A stretch of 63,408 nt of DNA, the filler included, from Phoronis australis (Eukaryota; Animalia; Phoronida): NCBI GenBank assembly GCA_002633005.1. It is 4 parts of 4 records of this genome, joined end to end, with 100 filler letters (N's around TTAATTAATTAA, not from the genome) between each part and the next. Parts side by side here need not be neighbours in the genome. Positions count along the whole stretch, not along the records: positions 32,784 to 56,004 come from NMRA01000318.1; positions 56,105 to 63,408 come from NMRA01002038.1; 2 more parts are not named here. One strand, written 5' to 3'. The notes beneath the pieces were generated by a model. The model was not told where the DNA came from. It ran no database searches and saw nothing but the letters and a program-made list of their open reading frames with translations. The translations under genes were made by a program, and so were the position numbers. Below, one piece after another: positions 50,429-62,664 of the stretch (position 1 is its first letter; each line of letters begins with the position of its first letter).

Positions 50429-53400
50429 AGGGACTATTTCCGCTTCATTTTTGTTAAAAACTTCACGAAACGGATCTTTACGCAAACACTTTTATTCGAA
50501 ACCTAAGCCCAAATAATAGCCTTTGCCATGGCATCGAATTTTTTATAGTGAACTGAATTTAATACAGATCTTTTTAGCTTAATTTTTTCATTGTGTGTGG
50601 TGCACCAAGAAATATATGGATGCCGGACGAAGTGTCAATCGAAGATTCGAGTGTCGAATATGAACTTGGAGTTTCGGTTAATCTCAAGATCGTGTACAGG
50701 CCTACGTGAACTCGAAATAGCCACTCAAATAATCACGTTCATGCTAATATAATTAGTTAACGGGTGAAATAAGTGCTTCTGGAACAAATAATTACAGAAA
50801 TTTGCTACATTGAACAAAATATTCACCAGATTTCTTTAATGTGTGTTTAATTAAGAGCTCACGCTTACGCGATCTTCAGATTAAGCAAAATTCAAGTTCA
50901 CGCATACCAAACAAGTAATGGCAGGCGTTCGGTATAAGATAGGTTGTCCTCCGTTGAAAAGGCTTGCTAATCGTCCTCAAGTTGACTATTACCGCCGTAA
51001 AGTTTGAAATGAAGATCAGTTTGGGTGCTGGACTTATCTGCGATCCCAGATGGCTGTTACACGGTCTCAGTAAGGAAAGATTTTGCTCGACAGGTAAGTC
51101 GTCAACGAATGACCGAGGCGCACTTTCAATGCTAACCATAAAGTTTTCTGAATGTTATGGTAGATTTATTTTACTGCCTACCAGTACACCGACATTACAA
51201 TATTCCTGTAGTAAAATTCTTGGTGTCTTTGACTGAGTATTTTTTGCGTTATTTTACTGTTTTAGTTGTTTAGGCCACGGGCTCGGTTTCGTCCACTTGT
51301 GTAGTGGATTAATTTGAGCAAACAAACAAGCCATATTTACAAGTGTTTCTCATGTAAAAGTAAGGGGACTCAAGGTAAGGGCTGTTGAAACCAATTAAGA
51401 TTTGTTGTGTCATTGTGTGGTCTAAGGCATAACAGCAATCCTTGAGTAATAATCATTTAATAATCTTCTCTTTTCCGAATTCATGTCATCTTGCAGTGTG
51501 TATAGAGAGCTGACAGTCTATACAGCCTGTTAGTGCTAGTCTTGATACTCTAGCAGCCCTACACAACTAACTAGTCTTGTGGCTGTTTATGTTGACTGGC
51601 AGTCTATACATGTAACCAGTTAGTCCTACTTTTGATACCTCTCTGCAAGGCTAACTGTGTAGTCTTGTGGTTGTATACAGGACATGCTGGTAGTCAATAC
51701 ACCCTGCTAGTGGTAGTCTGGATATTCCCAAATTGGTGATTTGTATTAATGTTATTTGTTGTTCTTCAGGGCGTTGCACCAGTCATGACAGACAAGCATG
51801 AGTGGACTGCTCCACTGACAACTGCCAGCATTTTCAACTTGCATAGCAGGGAGTTACTAGAAGGTGCTGATGAAGACAAATGAATTGAGAAGGGGTCATC
51901 TGACCATNGGTAGTCTGGATATTCCCAAATTGGTGGTTTGTATTAATGTTATTTGTTGTTCTTCAGGGCGTTGCACCAGTCATGATAGACGAGCATGAGT
52001 GGACTGCTCCACTGAAAACTGCCAGCACTTTCAACTTGCATAGCAGGTTGTTACTAGAAGGTGCTGATCAAGACAAATGAATTGAGAAGGGGTCATCTGA
52101 CCATGATGCATCCAAAAGAACCCAACATTAGTGAAGATGCTTCGCCATCAACAGCAGGTACCTATTCTAGCTTTGGATAATGGCACATTATAGCATTCTG
52201 TAATGTTAACAGCTACAGAAAGTGTATTGTTTTTACCAAGGTATCAGCAGCCAATTGCCATCTCACGTTAACATGGATTTGATTTTATGTTGTAGAACAA
52301 GAAATGTGTTGGGAATTTTCAACCTGCTGATTTTTATGTACTCTGGCAAGCGTTTTGCTATTCTCAAGGCCTTGTGTACCGGCTTACCAGAATTCTGCTA
52401 GCTATCAAGNAAGAGATGTGTTGGGAATTTTCAACCTGCTGATTCTTATGTACTCTGGCAAGCGTTTTGCTACTCTCAAGGCCTTGTTTACCGGCTTACC
52501 AGAATTCTGCTAGCTATCAAGGAACACAGCAGGCCAGTCCTGGAAGATGAAGCTGGCAATGCAAGGTAATTAATATAGCTGCGCCAAACATGCATTTGGC
52601 TACTGGTGTGGCCACGACTCAGTTTTCAACAGGGGTTTAAAACTAAATTGTAAGTGGCCATTAGCGGGGTAGTGCTAAAATGAGTGATAATTTAGGACTC
52701 AGCTAGAAACAAAGGGGCAAACACAAATTGAGATGAGAAGACGTGGGAAGGCCTTTTCTGCCATGAACAAGCCATGCCACGTCCTGTTATGTCCCCAAGG
52801 CTACGTCATCAGTGCAGCTTATGACAAAAAGACCACTTGCAATGCTTACAAGAAAGTTAAATTTGATTGTTCCTTGAATGGGAGATGATATAAATAACCA
52901 AAAATTGTGGCATATGAATTAAAAATGTCCGAGTGTGCTCCACATGTCCTGTGTGGGTGTGCATTGNTAATTGTTTGAAGAGTTTCATATGTTTCACACT
53001 CTTCATGTTTCAGGGTAAATCAATGCTGCTGCATTCATTTTCGTGTCTGGCACTGACATTGAAACAATTGTTATTATTTCTAGGGGAGCAACTTATCTTC
53101 AACAAGAAGAGCAGGAGATGGTTGTCCATTCCGGTGAAGGCTTCTAAGAGCTATGACGAGCTGATGATTGTGAAAACCCGGTTAAAAGACATGTCTGACA
53201 TGCACTGCTTCCATGAACATAAAAGCAAAATGACTCCCGCTTGTTGTCTGACAACATTGCCGTCTTCGAATGATTGCCATCAGTAGAAGTCAATGCGTCA
53301 AAGACGCTGCCTGACAGAGGTTATTTAAGATGATATGGCAACTGGGTGTTATTCAGTCATGTGCCCTAGTTTGTTGCAGAGGATCATCTGGTACTACAGT

Positions 53401-55728
53401 TTGGTTTATAGTCATGATACATCCAGTTTCCAATTTCCTCTTTATGTCCCTTTTTTGATCATTATTTTGACGTTTATACCAAAAATCTCTATCAAAGACC
53501 CTAGTATTAATTTGTGGAATGATACATCACCTGTCATTGATCAGTCCAAGCCCTGAACCTTAACTTTGTGCAAACAATTTCTTTATGGAGCGTTTGGTTT
53601 ACAGAAACACTTTCTACAGGGTGAGTGAGATACAACTGGTAATACCAGTTCAACTTGTATTACCATTGGATAGTTTTCTTGATTTTTAACTATTTTCTCA
53701 GCCAAATGTGTAGTCAGTGGTTTGTCTTCATGTGGGTTGCCCTGAACCTTAACTTTGTGCAAACAATTTCTTTATGGAGCGTTTGGTTTACAGAAACACT
53801 TTCTACATGGTGAGAAAGATACAACTGGTAATACCAGTTTAACTTGTATTACCATTGGATAGTTTTCTTGATTCTTAACTATTTTCTCAGCCAAATGTGT
53901 AGTCAGTGGTTTGTCTTCAGGTGGGTCATAGAGAGGCGGATATTTGTATACAAGGTCACCATAAAGCTTCTGTGTTACGTAAAATTATGTTTTTAGTGAT
54001 GTTTTACTGCTTAGGCAATTCACATTCATATTAAAACCTGCATTTAGAAATCTTGAATTTGAGAGTGATGGTGTTGAACATTACAATATATATTTTGAAT
54101 GGCTATGCTGTTGGGTTAGAGGCTGTGCTTCTAAGTAAGGTGTGTTACATGAGTAGCAGATTACTCGCGATTGGTCATTGCAAAACCTATGGAACTTTAA
54201 ATCAAAAAATGTTGCAACTTCTGATTATGGGCCATGGCCAAACAACCAGGAGACTATGTCTGTTGAAAGGATATCTTGTTTTGTTAATTTAGTCCAATCA
54301 TCTTTCTGTCACCTGCTAATGCATCATTGGTGTTAATCAGGAAAGACAAAAGCAGGAATCAACTAAAAACTCATACCCCTATCTCACAAATTAGACATTA
54401 TGTTCCTTGGTTGGTGGCCTTTCCCACAGTTGCATGCAATTAACTAAAAGCATACGTCATGCTTTTACTGTTTGGCAGACTTTGAAAATTTTCCTCCAAG
54501 TTTTAAGGGTTTTCGATGGTTACAGAGCATTAATTTGTTGCAGAGAACTAGGTGGGAAGTCGATTTTAGTATTTTACATTATTTTGGAAAGTTAATCCAT
54601 TACTGGTTTTTCGAAATTAGGGCCGTTGCCCTACATGATGGTAACTAATTTAAGAATGCTCTAGGTTCTTGTTGCAAGTCAAAATCCAAATGGACTTTTT
54701 ATAGTAGACTAAGAAATAAAAAGTTCACTCTGACAGTTGTGCTTTCATCTCACTAAGTAACAATTGTGCACAAGCAGGTTTCAGTGCTCAGCTACAATTG
54801 TTGTGTAGCCTGTATGTCCCAATAAAGTCTNNNNNNNNNNNNNNNNNNNNNNNNNNNNNNNNNNNNNNNNNNNNNNNNNNNNNNNNNNNNNNNNNNNNNN
54901 NNNNNNNNNNNNNNNNNNNNNNNNNNNNNNTTTCGTTGCAGCTTGTCTAAGGCAAGTACACCTTCTCCAGGCAAAACACTTGGAAATCCTGAAAGCATTG
55001 GTAAAACATATTATCGTGGGGTTTCGCATTACTGAATATTTGATAAGGAACATTTGTCTCTTGTAAATGAATTATATACCAACACAACAACAACTGGTTG
55101 ATTGGGGTTGACATCCTATATTGGACAATCGAAATGTATAGAATTATTTTCATTATTGCAGACTGAACTCACCAATACTTTTGTAAATTGACATTTGGTT
55201 GGTTTTGGATGGGATTTGCTACTGAGATTTGATTTGAGTTCTTGGCCAAAGATTTGTTTTTCTTCGAAATGTAATTTGAATTGTGTGGCTATATATCTGT
55301 TTAAACCAATTGAAGACTCAAAACTAAAGTAGCTATAGGAGTCTTTAAGGTCCTAGTGACATTAATATGAATCGCCTTAAAAATGAAAAAGAACAGACCA
55401 AAAAAAGTACTAAACAATTTTGTAAAATGTTTCCCACTGATATATGTAGTCAATACTAAAAACTTTGTAGTGATTAAATTTTTAGACAACGGTTTAGTGA
55501 ATACTTACAGGTAATAATGAAACGCAGTTAGCAGATTGCTTCCCACAGCACACTTGGTTGGCATTTCTTGACACCTGTGACACGGGCACCATGATGGATC
55601 TTCTGATGGTGTTGGGTAATGATCCAGTGACCTCTGGTAGCCTAAATTCTAGACTCGGGGGTCTTGCTTGGCGACATCCAACAGTAGGTCTCTGAATTCC
55701 TTCTTTTATTCATGCGACTGACTCGACC
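50429..55728 (+). mobile_element. Kolobok-like DNA transposon relic (intron-containing transposase on +, accessory gene on -)
   Basis: Left end TTAA|AGGGAC at 50425-50434; transposase fragments MYSGKRFA..TRILLAIKEH..RPVLEDEAGNAR (52.3-52.6 kb) and FNKKSRRWLSIPVKASKSYDEL (53.1 kb); convergent Cys-rich gene at 54.9-55.7 kb. The right end is not seen. Confidence 0.6.
54931..55728 (-). pseudogene. P2X7 C-terminal ('ballast')/KolX-like Cys-rich gene relic
   Basis: Exon 55509-55728 gives (with frameshifts) PSWCPCHRCQEMPT..VCCGKQSANCVSLLP; the next exon from 54988 gives DFQVFCL..GVLAL. Confidence 0.6.
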
Positions 55729-56004
55729 CTAAAGTGAGAGTAATTCAGTGACAACATTCACAGTAATGAGAACAATTTTTATAACTTTTGTTTGTATTGT
55801 TGTAGGATTTATTTGCCAACAAGTACAAAGACAACCACTGTATGACTATCAGATTGGAAATCATCTACTGGTTTAGGATTGGGTTTTGGATTAATTCATA
55901 GGTGGATTTAGGGGGGACAGGGGGCCTGGCTCACCCCCCCTGGCTGCCGCAAAAGAAGCAAAACAGCAAGAGCGCGAGGAAATATTGAGTCCACTAATTA
56001 ATCT

Positions 56005-56104
56005 NNNNNNNNNNNNNNNNNNNNNNNNNNNNNNNNNNNNNNNNNNNNTTAATTAATTAANNNNNNNNNNNNNNNNNNNNNNNNNNNNNNNNNNNNNNNN
56101 NNNN
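56005..56104. other. synthetic scaffold spacer
   Basis: N44-TTAATTAATTAA-N44. Confidence 0.95.
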
Positions 56105-56362
56105 TTGAAAAGTCAGTCACGTGTACCCACAATGCATCGACACATTTTTCTTCTTTACTTGTATAAACGGAATTTAGGTTGATGTGCTGAAAAAAACTCT
56201 TTAAATGCTGTTGCTGCCCAGTATAGCTTTTGTCAGTGCACGTACACGCGCAAGAGTACTCCTCTGGGCTTACGTTGCTGGCCACGTGTCTGAACTCTGT
56301 CCAGGCGGACCGTGACATCAATGAGCGCCTGTGTAATCGAACATGATCGCATATCCCTAATC

Positions 56363-56778
56363 CATGGGCGGCGCACCATAGGGGGCTGGGGGGGGCTATA
56401 ACCCCCTCCACTTATTTCCATGCTGCGCCGCTCATGTCAGCATGGACGGTGCACCATAGGGGGCTGGGGGGCTATATCCCCCACTTATTTCAGAGCTGCA
56501 CCTTACGTGTAATCGTGCGACGCTCAGCCGATCCTGTCTAAGTCTTATCCCGATGTCTAGAATGGTCGTCTGATGTTTTTCGGATTCCGACGCTGATCCG
56601 ATGAATTTCAGAGCTAAAATCGCTATAGCATGGGCGGCGTAGCACTGAAAAAAGTGGGGACTAAAGCCCCCTCATCCCCACTGTGGTGCACCGCCTATAG
56701 ACCACGTGCGACGTAGCACTGAAAAAAGTGGGAGGCCGCTATAGTCCGGCCCCAGCCTTCTGTGGTGCGCCGCCCATG
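56363..56778. mobile_element. GC-rich MITE-like element with duplicated terminal modules
   Basis: 16-bp TIR CATGGGCGGCGCACCA / TGGTGCGCCGCCCATG, with internal repeated GGGGGCTGGGGGG and GTAGCACTGAAAAAAGTGGG modules. Confidence 0.6.
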
Positions 56779-57776
56779 TATAGCCGTAAACAGTGGGGCG
56801 GTTGTCAGGAGATTGTCGGGCGTATCTGCCGGACATCGATATCAGAAAACATTAATTGGCGCCACTGCCGAAGAAAGTTAACTTATTCCGTCACCCAAAG
56901 TCGATCTGTTGGCGCGCGATCTCCGTCAATAGAAACATTTGTCGATTGGATTGTCAAATGGCTGCAATGAATTGCAATTCCCAACAAATTCAGGACTATC
57001 AGAAACTGAGAACCTCGTACGTTCAGTATTGGAGAGCAATTTAAAATGCTATTCTTGTCAGCAATTAGAGATGTCGACCACGTTTCCACAAATATGCCGG
57101 AGTTACCATTGACACTGTTAGTGGCGTGGATACAAAGTAAAATCAAGTCTTAATTGAGCCTCGATACCTTTACAATCGAAAAATATTATCGACCGATCTT
57201 CCCAGCATCGACAGCTCTGCGAAGCTGTGATACAAGCGGTGAATGCTAACTTCATCAACCTGTATGGTTCTGTGTTTAAAGATGCCTGGGACGCGATAAA
57301 AAGACTAACTTGCGATATTGAAAGTGTTTCTCTGCCACTGAAACAGAACTTTTCGACCTGCTCACCAGGAATTTTCAGAGTTTGTTCGTAAGGATTTTTA
57401 ATTTCTGATGGTATCGAAGCATTTTTTAGTTTCAAATTTCAAATAACTTTCTGTCAACTGCTCGCCACTTCGTCGATTTCTCACACAAAGCAAAGCACGT
57501 CTCTTATTTGATATGGCAAGACATAGACGTAGCACATTTCCCTTGTATGGAAAATGTGACCATTGATCTCAAGCGACTTTAAGCAAATGACTATGAACGC
57601 ATGTTCGCATTAATCATAAGTGGGAGCATAGACTATAGTACATGGACCGCCAACTCCGTATACTTTCAATGGACGAAATCTGTGATCTTACGCACAAGCC
57701 CTTAAGTCATTATTCACTGGCGACACCTAGCTAAATTTTCTGGTGCAATTTCCGGCAAGTACGTCGTCTGCTAATC

Positions 57777-57967
57777 ATGGTCGGCTGATGTGGGGCCGGT
57801 TGTTCCGCCACACACGCGAAATGCAAAAGGATAAGCTTTCATAGCGTACGGAGGCCCCAAAATCCGCTGTGGGAGAAAAAGCTAACTTCTCTTGTGAACG
57901 TGAATGGAATTTTTCCTCCAAAAAGAATTTGTTCATTTGTTCACGTCACTTCGAAGATGGGTGTTTT
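57777..57967 (+). pseudogene. THAP zinc-finger domain relic
   Basis: MVG*CGAGCS...ISFHS..P..W...NLFICSRHFEDGCF; in-frame TGA and a frameshift. Confidence 0.65.
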
Positions 57968-60900
57968 TTAAGAGGCTCTGGTAGGCCTACTAGTTAATCC
58001 TGTTTTCGCAAATCCATTTTTCTTTTCTCCGTTTTGACGAAAACTATCTGGTAAACTTTTTGATGAAAAATGTTCGCTAAATTTCTTCCAAAGTTAGCGA
58101 CTGGTGAACTCTTGTCCTTACGAGGACCTTCAGCCATAGTCTAGTGAGCGAATTAACCAAATTACTCTTCGCAGGCCCTGATCAGACGGTGGTCACAGCA
58201 GAATGCGCACATTTGGCCAGGATTTGGATCAGCGATTTCAACAACTTCACACTGAATCGTGTACAAATAAATAGGACGCTAGTAAAACCCTTAACATAAA
58301 TAAAGATTACATTAATACTTCAGAAATAACCATCTGGACCTGTCAAAACCTATCTTGCAATTCAACAGCAGGTTACATACTCAATTATTAATGTCGACTG
58401 TATGCCGCACAAAACCTGAACCATCTTAGCCAAGTACGCTGCAGTCTATGAAAATACCGACAACTAACCCGAGTTTCAACTTCTTTGCAAACATGGAACA
58501 GGGATATCAAAGGGGTATGAAGGTTGTTTTTATGCTTCAATGTTACATTTTTGTAAGCAGACAAATGTTTTTTTTTAATCTATCTTAATTCCTACTATTT
58601 CAAAAGTATTTCCAACCTTAAGTCTTTCAAACGTACATTGATGACAAAACCATATTTCTTCAACCGGTTTTGTAAAGTCCTACACCACCTCCACATAATA
58701 TGAACCAATCCTACTCCTAATGTAACAAAAAGATTCCGTGCGTAACGGATACTAAGTATGGTCCTGTTAAAGTATTGGATAGGTTCTGCTGACGCAACCT
58801 CGCGAAAAGTCAAGCAATAACGAATTGTCAGTTATGTCGAACTTTACTCCAATTTGACATTGATATTGCACTCAAAAAAGTAAGAGGTGTAAACAAGAGA
58901 AAAAATACTTTTGTGACGGAAGGCGAATTAAGTCATGTAGCCGATTCAATTTTAGACAAACTCATTTGAGAAAAATACTGAAACCACCACCTTCCATTTG
59001 AAAAATCGCCATTGTCAAACAACTGCACACACATATAAAATCGTTTCATATGCTGTTTGGAAAAGATGCCTTTAACATAATTCAAATTCAAATTATCTTT
59101 AAGCACATAAATGCATTTACTTGATTTTTTGATGAAAATATGGATTCAAGATCCTCGTTCCAGTTCGCCATCTCAGATTTTTCCTGAAAAATAAGTCGCT
59201 TGAAAATTTCACCGTTCAAATGCAACCGTAAAGTCATTATATTATTTCCCCGTGAAATTTGCTAAAGCTATATAACCTCATTCACTGTCCAGAATAACGG
59301 AAAACCTCGGAAGCAAGGGAAATGAACCCTAAGAGGTAGCAAGCAAGATAAAGGGGGTGGTAGGGACGTGAAGCTGACGTGTGCTAATTTTCAATTTCAT
59401 ACTTTTATGTCGCATTTTCATAATTTTGATGTGAGATGTCAACTCAGATCAAGCGGTTTGAAAGTCCGAATTTTAAATTTGTAATAAGCTTGAATTGCAC
59501 TGCACGTAACCTTTTATGAATTTACCGTAGTTGGCTACAGACAGGCCCACCTTTATAAAAACTAGCAACGCAGGCAAACGCATGCGCGCACCCAGGGTAA
59601 AAGTCCAAGACAAAGAGACGAAAGTCCACCTCACGGCAGTACCCCGATTTTTATTTTAGTTCTCACGTTTTTTTGTTAGCAAAAGGTCCACTTTGCCAGA
59701 GATCTGAGCCCCCATATTAGAGGCTGAGTGCGCGCACGCACGTGAGTCCCTATGACAGCCCCAATATGGTAGAACCCAAGGAGTTCAAGTCGGGGTCAAA
59801 TCAGGATGGGCATAAATAAGGAAATTTACTGTATTAACAGATTAGACAAATAAATATAAAATACAAAACCTTGCTACAGTGTACACGCGCACAATAACTG
59901 GGTCTATCATTTTCCCGCCGCAAGCGATTGAACCAATCAGATCACCAATGGCGCAAACCTTTCGAAAACAAGCCTGATTTTTAGGGAGTCTGTTACTGCT
60001 CTTTATATTTTCACAACTTTCATGTGTTATAGTTAATTTATTTGCTGTGCATCTCAATGAGGCCAGTTTTATGCATGCAACACGATTAATACATTGTAAA
60101 ACCAAAAGTTATGCACTATCAACATGAGACAAAAACAGTACACCCCTTTATTAAAAATGGGTTAAAGGTTAGAAACAAAAGATGAGAGCGTAGACAAGTT
60201 TCCATCACTTGTAACGTCGATTTTTTACGATGGACGTTGGAGAAGAACTTCAGTCTGGAGACAGCAACACGGAATCGTACGAAGGCGATGATTTTCGAAA
60301 TTTGATTCGTTGTGTTGTCTGTCATTTTCTCCCTACAGTTCAGGTTTATTAGTGGATACAGGAACAAGAACTGAATGATGTAGGGTTCGTGACAACGTTA
60401 GTGAACGGTAATATCTATTTAAGGTGTTACAACTGTCATCGATATTGTCATCTCCTCTGTTTTCATCCAACCTTCCCAGATGAAAACTTGAATGAAAAGG
60501 ACCTTCAGTACTTGAGTGAGCATGGTATACTATACCGTGTGATTTATGTTGAATTATTCAACGGTTCTTTTAAGAACCATTTCACGCTATACCTACAACC
60601 AACGGCCTTTTTAAGGGCCACTCAACACTTCCCAGAAGAACTGCTCATTTGAGAATGTTGATTTATAAACATGCTTTTGTAGTTTTCTCAGTAGGCCTAT
60701 GTGAGTCATAAATAAAAAAACTGTCCGATAACTATGCTGCTATTGGGCAAGCAGACGACATACATGTAATCAGTCGGCACCGAAGTTTCAATTTTGAAGT
60801 TAATTACCAGTAGCATTGCCAAAAGTACTCACAATACCAACACTTCTACAGACTTTGAAAAGCGTTTTAGTGCCGAAATTAATATTTTTTTCGTTGTTTT

Positions 60901-61447
60901 GGACAGTAAAGTAGATGCAAATATTACTAGTCAAAATACACTAACCGGAAACTGTACCAGAATGGTCACGAGAGTTCAGCTAGCACGTAAGAAAATGACT
61001 GAGTTGCGAATCTGTTGTCTATAATCTACACTGTGTGGTGGGAGGGAGATTAGAAACTCTGTGATAACCACAGTTTTTCCTTCGCGCGTATGTCTAAAAT
61101 CGGGAATTTTGCGATTCTTTCTGGAAATTTCCTCAAAGGGGAAAGTGAATTGCTCTGTACTACTAGACGTTGCGAGATGTTAATTTCGTCAGGAATTGTT
61201 TAAAGGATATTTTAGACGAGCTTTCGCGTTCCATGCCTCTAGTTAAGTTTTACGAGCTTGAACGCTATTACTGCAGTGTGGGTCTCTCTTGGGCCTTTTA
61301 TGCAATGGAATTATGGAAATAATAGATCAATCCACTAGTTACCACATTTGCATAAATTCAACAGCTCTTACCAACAGAATCTAAGTTTTCAAATGCATGA
61401 CAGATTAAAAAACGGACGATCGCCGCACAAATTAAAAAGTTCAAGTT

Positions 61448-61488
61448 CGCTCAACGTTTCGTCTATTCATTAGACATCATCAGGAGTG
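61448..61488 (-). ncRNA. minimal type I hammerhead-ribozyme-like motif (Penelope-type)
   Basis: Minus strand: cactc-CTGATGA-t-GTCTA(atgaa)TAGAC-GAAAC-GTT-gagcg; enclosed by a 28-bp perfect IR at 61402-61429/61487-61514. Confidence 0.6.
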
Positions 61489-62486
61489 TGCGGCGATCGT
61501 CCGTTTTTTAATCTTACTGTGGCCAAAAACTGATGTAATTAACAAATGCATGTCAGCTAAACACTGTCTGATATACGGATTTTCATGAATTAGTGAACTG
61601 ATGCTATCGTCCCGTTTTCGGACAGATTCGAGGTATTTTGCGCCACCTAGTGGCCATTTTTTTACTGTTTTCGGGTCTGTTTTTAACGTCCACCACTCTA
61701 TCAATCAAACCACTCTAAGGATGGCAGTAAAAATTGGCATATATGTCATAGTGTGAATCTGACGGTTGACGATGATTTTCCGACGATTTCGACTATTGCA
61801 GCGACTCCTAGTGGCAGTTTTGTTGTATTGCGCTGTATGTACTAAACCCACTGCAGGATTTTTATTAAATTTTGGCAACACTTCCCATCGCTCTTGTTGT
61901 GATATTGAATTAACAACTGTGATATGCAGAGTTGTAAACGAAGGTTGATGCTGGCAATGAAGTCACTTGACAAAAGTAGCAAAAAATCGGAAGAAATTTA
62001 AAAATCAATGCAACTACATAGATTTTCATATTCGATGTTTCGCTTTAATGGCTAAATTAAAGCATTATCAAGACAATAAACCTATGTACGCTCAACAGCC
62101 TCAAGCACAAAACTAGCAGCGAGTGTACTCAAACACAGCAAATTACCAGGGATTCAAGGCAACAGAGCTCTGCTGCTGTTTGAGTGAATGAGCAGCTTTG
62201 TTAGCCTGAATGGGTTATCTCTGTTATGTTCTCTAGCGATTAACAGGACTAATACATGTAAGTCCCAAAACTTGACTTTTGACCTTGAAACCACCAGCAC
62301 CAACATATCGGTAGAGAGCAATAAACTTTAGGTAATTCAGGACCAAACTCAGGAGCATTGTTAAATATGTTCATATTGGCAATTTTATGCGAAATGTTGA
62401 ACATGAAAATCTATGTAGTTTAATGCGCAGATTTTTTAATTTCTTTATACGACTTGGACAAAATCTAATTTAATAAGTAAATAATC

Positions 62487-62492
62487 TTTATT
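62487..62492 (-). promoter_or_regulatory. candidate poly(A) signal of FICD
   Basis: AATAAA on the minus strand ~170 nt after the stop codon. Confidence 0.35.
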
Positions 62493-62664
62493 GCTGCTAG
62501 ACAATTTACTAAGATATCCATGGACTTGGCTGCTAAGACTGTATTTCATCACTAATAAATGTAGATAAAACAATCTCTGCTCTGTAAAGAATATGGAAAG
62601 GCAAGGTCCTCTTTCAACTTACACACTGGGGTTAATGAATATAACATGTGAAGACTACTGCCAC

